A stretch of DNA of 63,618 nt, the filler included, from Octopus bimaculoides (lineage: Eukaryota), in NCBI RefSeq assembly GCF_001194135.2. It is 5 parts of 5 records of this genome, joined end to end, with 100 filler letters (N's around TTAATTAATTAA, not from the genome) between each part and the next. Parts side by side here need not be neighbours in the genome. Positions count along the whole stretch, not along the records: positions 61,770 to 63,618 come from NW_026334246.1; 4 more parts are not named here. One strand, given 5' to 3'. Made by a program: the position numbers and the translations under genes. Below are positions 61,925 to 63,618 of this stretch, in pieces. Positions within the stretch are counted from its first letter, which is position 1, and every line of letters starts with the position of its first letter. The notes under the pieces are model-generated. The model did not search any database. It saw only the letters and a program-made list of their open reading frames with translations, and was not told the DNA's origin.

Positions 61925-62594
61925 ACCATTGTAAAGAAACCGTTTTTGTTCATTTTTCGTCACTAGTCACAAGTCTATCCAAAAAGGGTGAAATAAGTTC
62001 GCGACAATGGAGAGAAGAGCAGATGTGAACTCGGGATTTGCGGTTGCTCTCGGACAATTCATGAGGCACACATTTCCCAACTTTAGGAACCTTTCCAAGT
62101 TGTTGAAGTTGACGATGAACACTTGTATGGTTTCATCTAAGCGTTATCGTTAAATATTCAACTGATAATGCAGGATTTCTTCAATTGATATTTCAAGCGG
62201 TTTATCATCAAACGAAACTGGACGTCCTGTTTGATGTTCTTCTTCAAGGCTGAAATCTCCACTTCAGAACTTTGCAAACCATCTTCTGGAAATTCTTTCA
62301 TCTAAGCATTCTTTCCAATAAACTGAGTGCATGTTTCGAGTCGCTTCGGCTGCAGGTTTTCCATCTTTGTACTCATAAAGTATTATGTGCCTCAAATATT
62401 CTTTGGATACTTCTATGTTAGATAGGGTTTTAATCACAGAATTTTTAATTCTATTATTCTGTAAAATTATATTTAATTAGTTAATACACAAATGCATCAA
62501 AATAATTTTAATTCCATTAGACATTCTAAAACACTATTTACTTTCATTCAATTTTAAAAAGGATAAAATCGAATAGATCTTATGGAATGACCTG

Positions 62595-62595
<1 letters not shown>
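61925..62595 (-). mobile_element. 5' half of a mariner of the same family as 16191-17451
   Basis: TA|tcaggtcattccataag TIR at 62595. Collinear with 16191-16850 at about 80% by eye (EYLRHIILYEYK, RRWFAKF, CVPHELS, VTSDEK*). Truncated just after the first catalytic Asp. Confidence 0.92.
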
Positions 62596-62648
<53 letters not shown>

Positions 62649-63618
62649 NNNNNNNNNNNNNNNNNNNNNNNNNNNNNNNNNNNNNNNNNNNNNNNNNNNN
62701 NNNNNNNNNNNNNNNNNNNNNNNNNNNNNNNNNNNNNNNNNNNNNNNNNNNNNNNNNNNNNNNNNNNNNNNNNNNNNNNNNNNNNNNNNNNNNNNNNNNN
62801 NNNNNNNNNNNNNNNNNNNNNNNNNNNNNNNNNNNNNNNNNNNNNNNNNNNNNNNNNNNNNNNNNNNNNNNNNNNNNNNNNNNNNNNNNNNNNNNNNNNN
62901 NNNNNNNNNNNNNNNNNNNNNNNNNNNNNNNNNNNNNNNNNNNNNNNNNNNNNNNNNNNNNNNNNNNNNNNNNNNNNNNNNNNNNNNNNNNNNNNNNNNN
63001 NNNNNNNNNNNNNNNNNNNNNNNNNNNNNNNNNNNNNNNNNNNNNNNNNNNNNNNNNNNNNNNNNNNNNNNNNNNNNNNNNNNNNNNNNNNNNNNNNNNN
63101 NNNNNNNNNNNNNNNNNNNNNNNNNNNNNNNNNNNNNNNNNNNNNNNNNNNNNNNNNNNNNNNNNNNNNNNNNNNNNNNNNNNNNNNNNNNNNNNNNNNN
63201 NNNNNNNNNNNNNNNNNNNNNNNNNNNNNNNNNNNNNNNNNNNNNNNNNNNNNNNNNNNNNNNNNNNNNNNNNNNNNNNNNNNNNNNNNNNNNCTCTGGC
63301 GCTGGTGTACAGGTCTTGATTATATCTGATGTACCCGGTAGCACGCTGCATCCAACCTAACCAGATCTAGTATGTCCCCAATCCCAATGGTGCCAACGTT
63401 GAGGGTAGGTGGCTATGTGTGGGAGGGTTATCATCTCGAGATATGGTCCACTCGAAATAAAATCATGCGAAAGTCGTCTGTAGCTTGAACAATATGTCTC
63501 TTTCCGTCAGTGTCACTCGCCACTGATTAGTCATTCGGGTACAGATCAATTCCGAAGACGATTCATAGACAGTGAGGTCCCGGCTGTCCCTGGCGTCCTG
63601 CATGTTGGAATACCTGCA

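Noticed and set aside
61925-61960. Apparent shared breakpoint of the two related mariners just after DEKW
   Set aside because: The second copy continues with residues (YNGV) missing from the first, so the lesions are independent.
63294-63618. GC-richer segment at the window end
   Set aside because: All frames I translated have stops and no recognisable motif, and it is truncated by a gap and the window edge.

Overview
AT-rich, gap-ridden eukaryotic genomic DNA, dense in microsatellites and transposon relics. The SINE families and repeat density suggest an octopus (coleoid cephalopod) draft assembly; this is an inference, not a database match. One host gene can be reconstructed: a minus-strand LITAF/SIMPLE-family gene. 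Its two 3' exons (33890-33674, 31453-31342) are well supported and encode a complete LITAF zinc-binding domain. Two upstream exons (38639-38516, 37000-36938) are candidates that splice in frame to give a 170-aa protein. The rest is mobile DNA: several Tc1/mariner elements, a non-autonomous Helitron, MITEs, LINE fragments of the R4/Dong-like, L1/Tx1, RTE and CR1/Jockey-like types, at least four tRNA-headed SINE families, and a probable Penelope-type relic with a decayed hammerhead motif. I found no prokaryotic-type system, no CRISPR array and no convincing new multi-gene system. The most interesting signals are a CpG-decay footprint over and upstream of the gene, inverted SINEs flanking a frame-preserving LITAF exon, microsatellite-associated retroelements and the hammerhead relic. 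All coordinates and identities were read by eye, and repeat boundaries are approximate.
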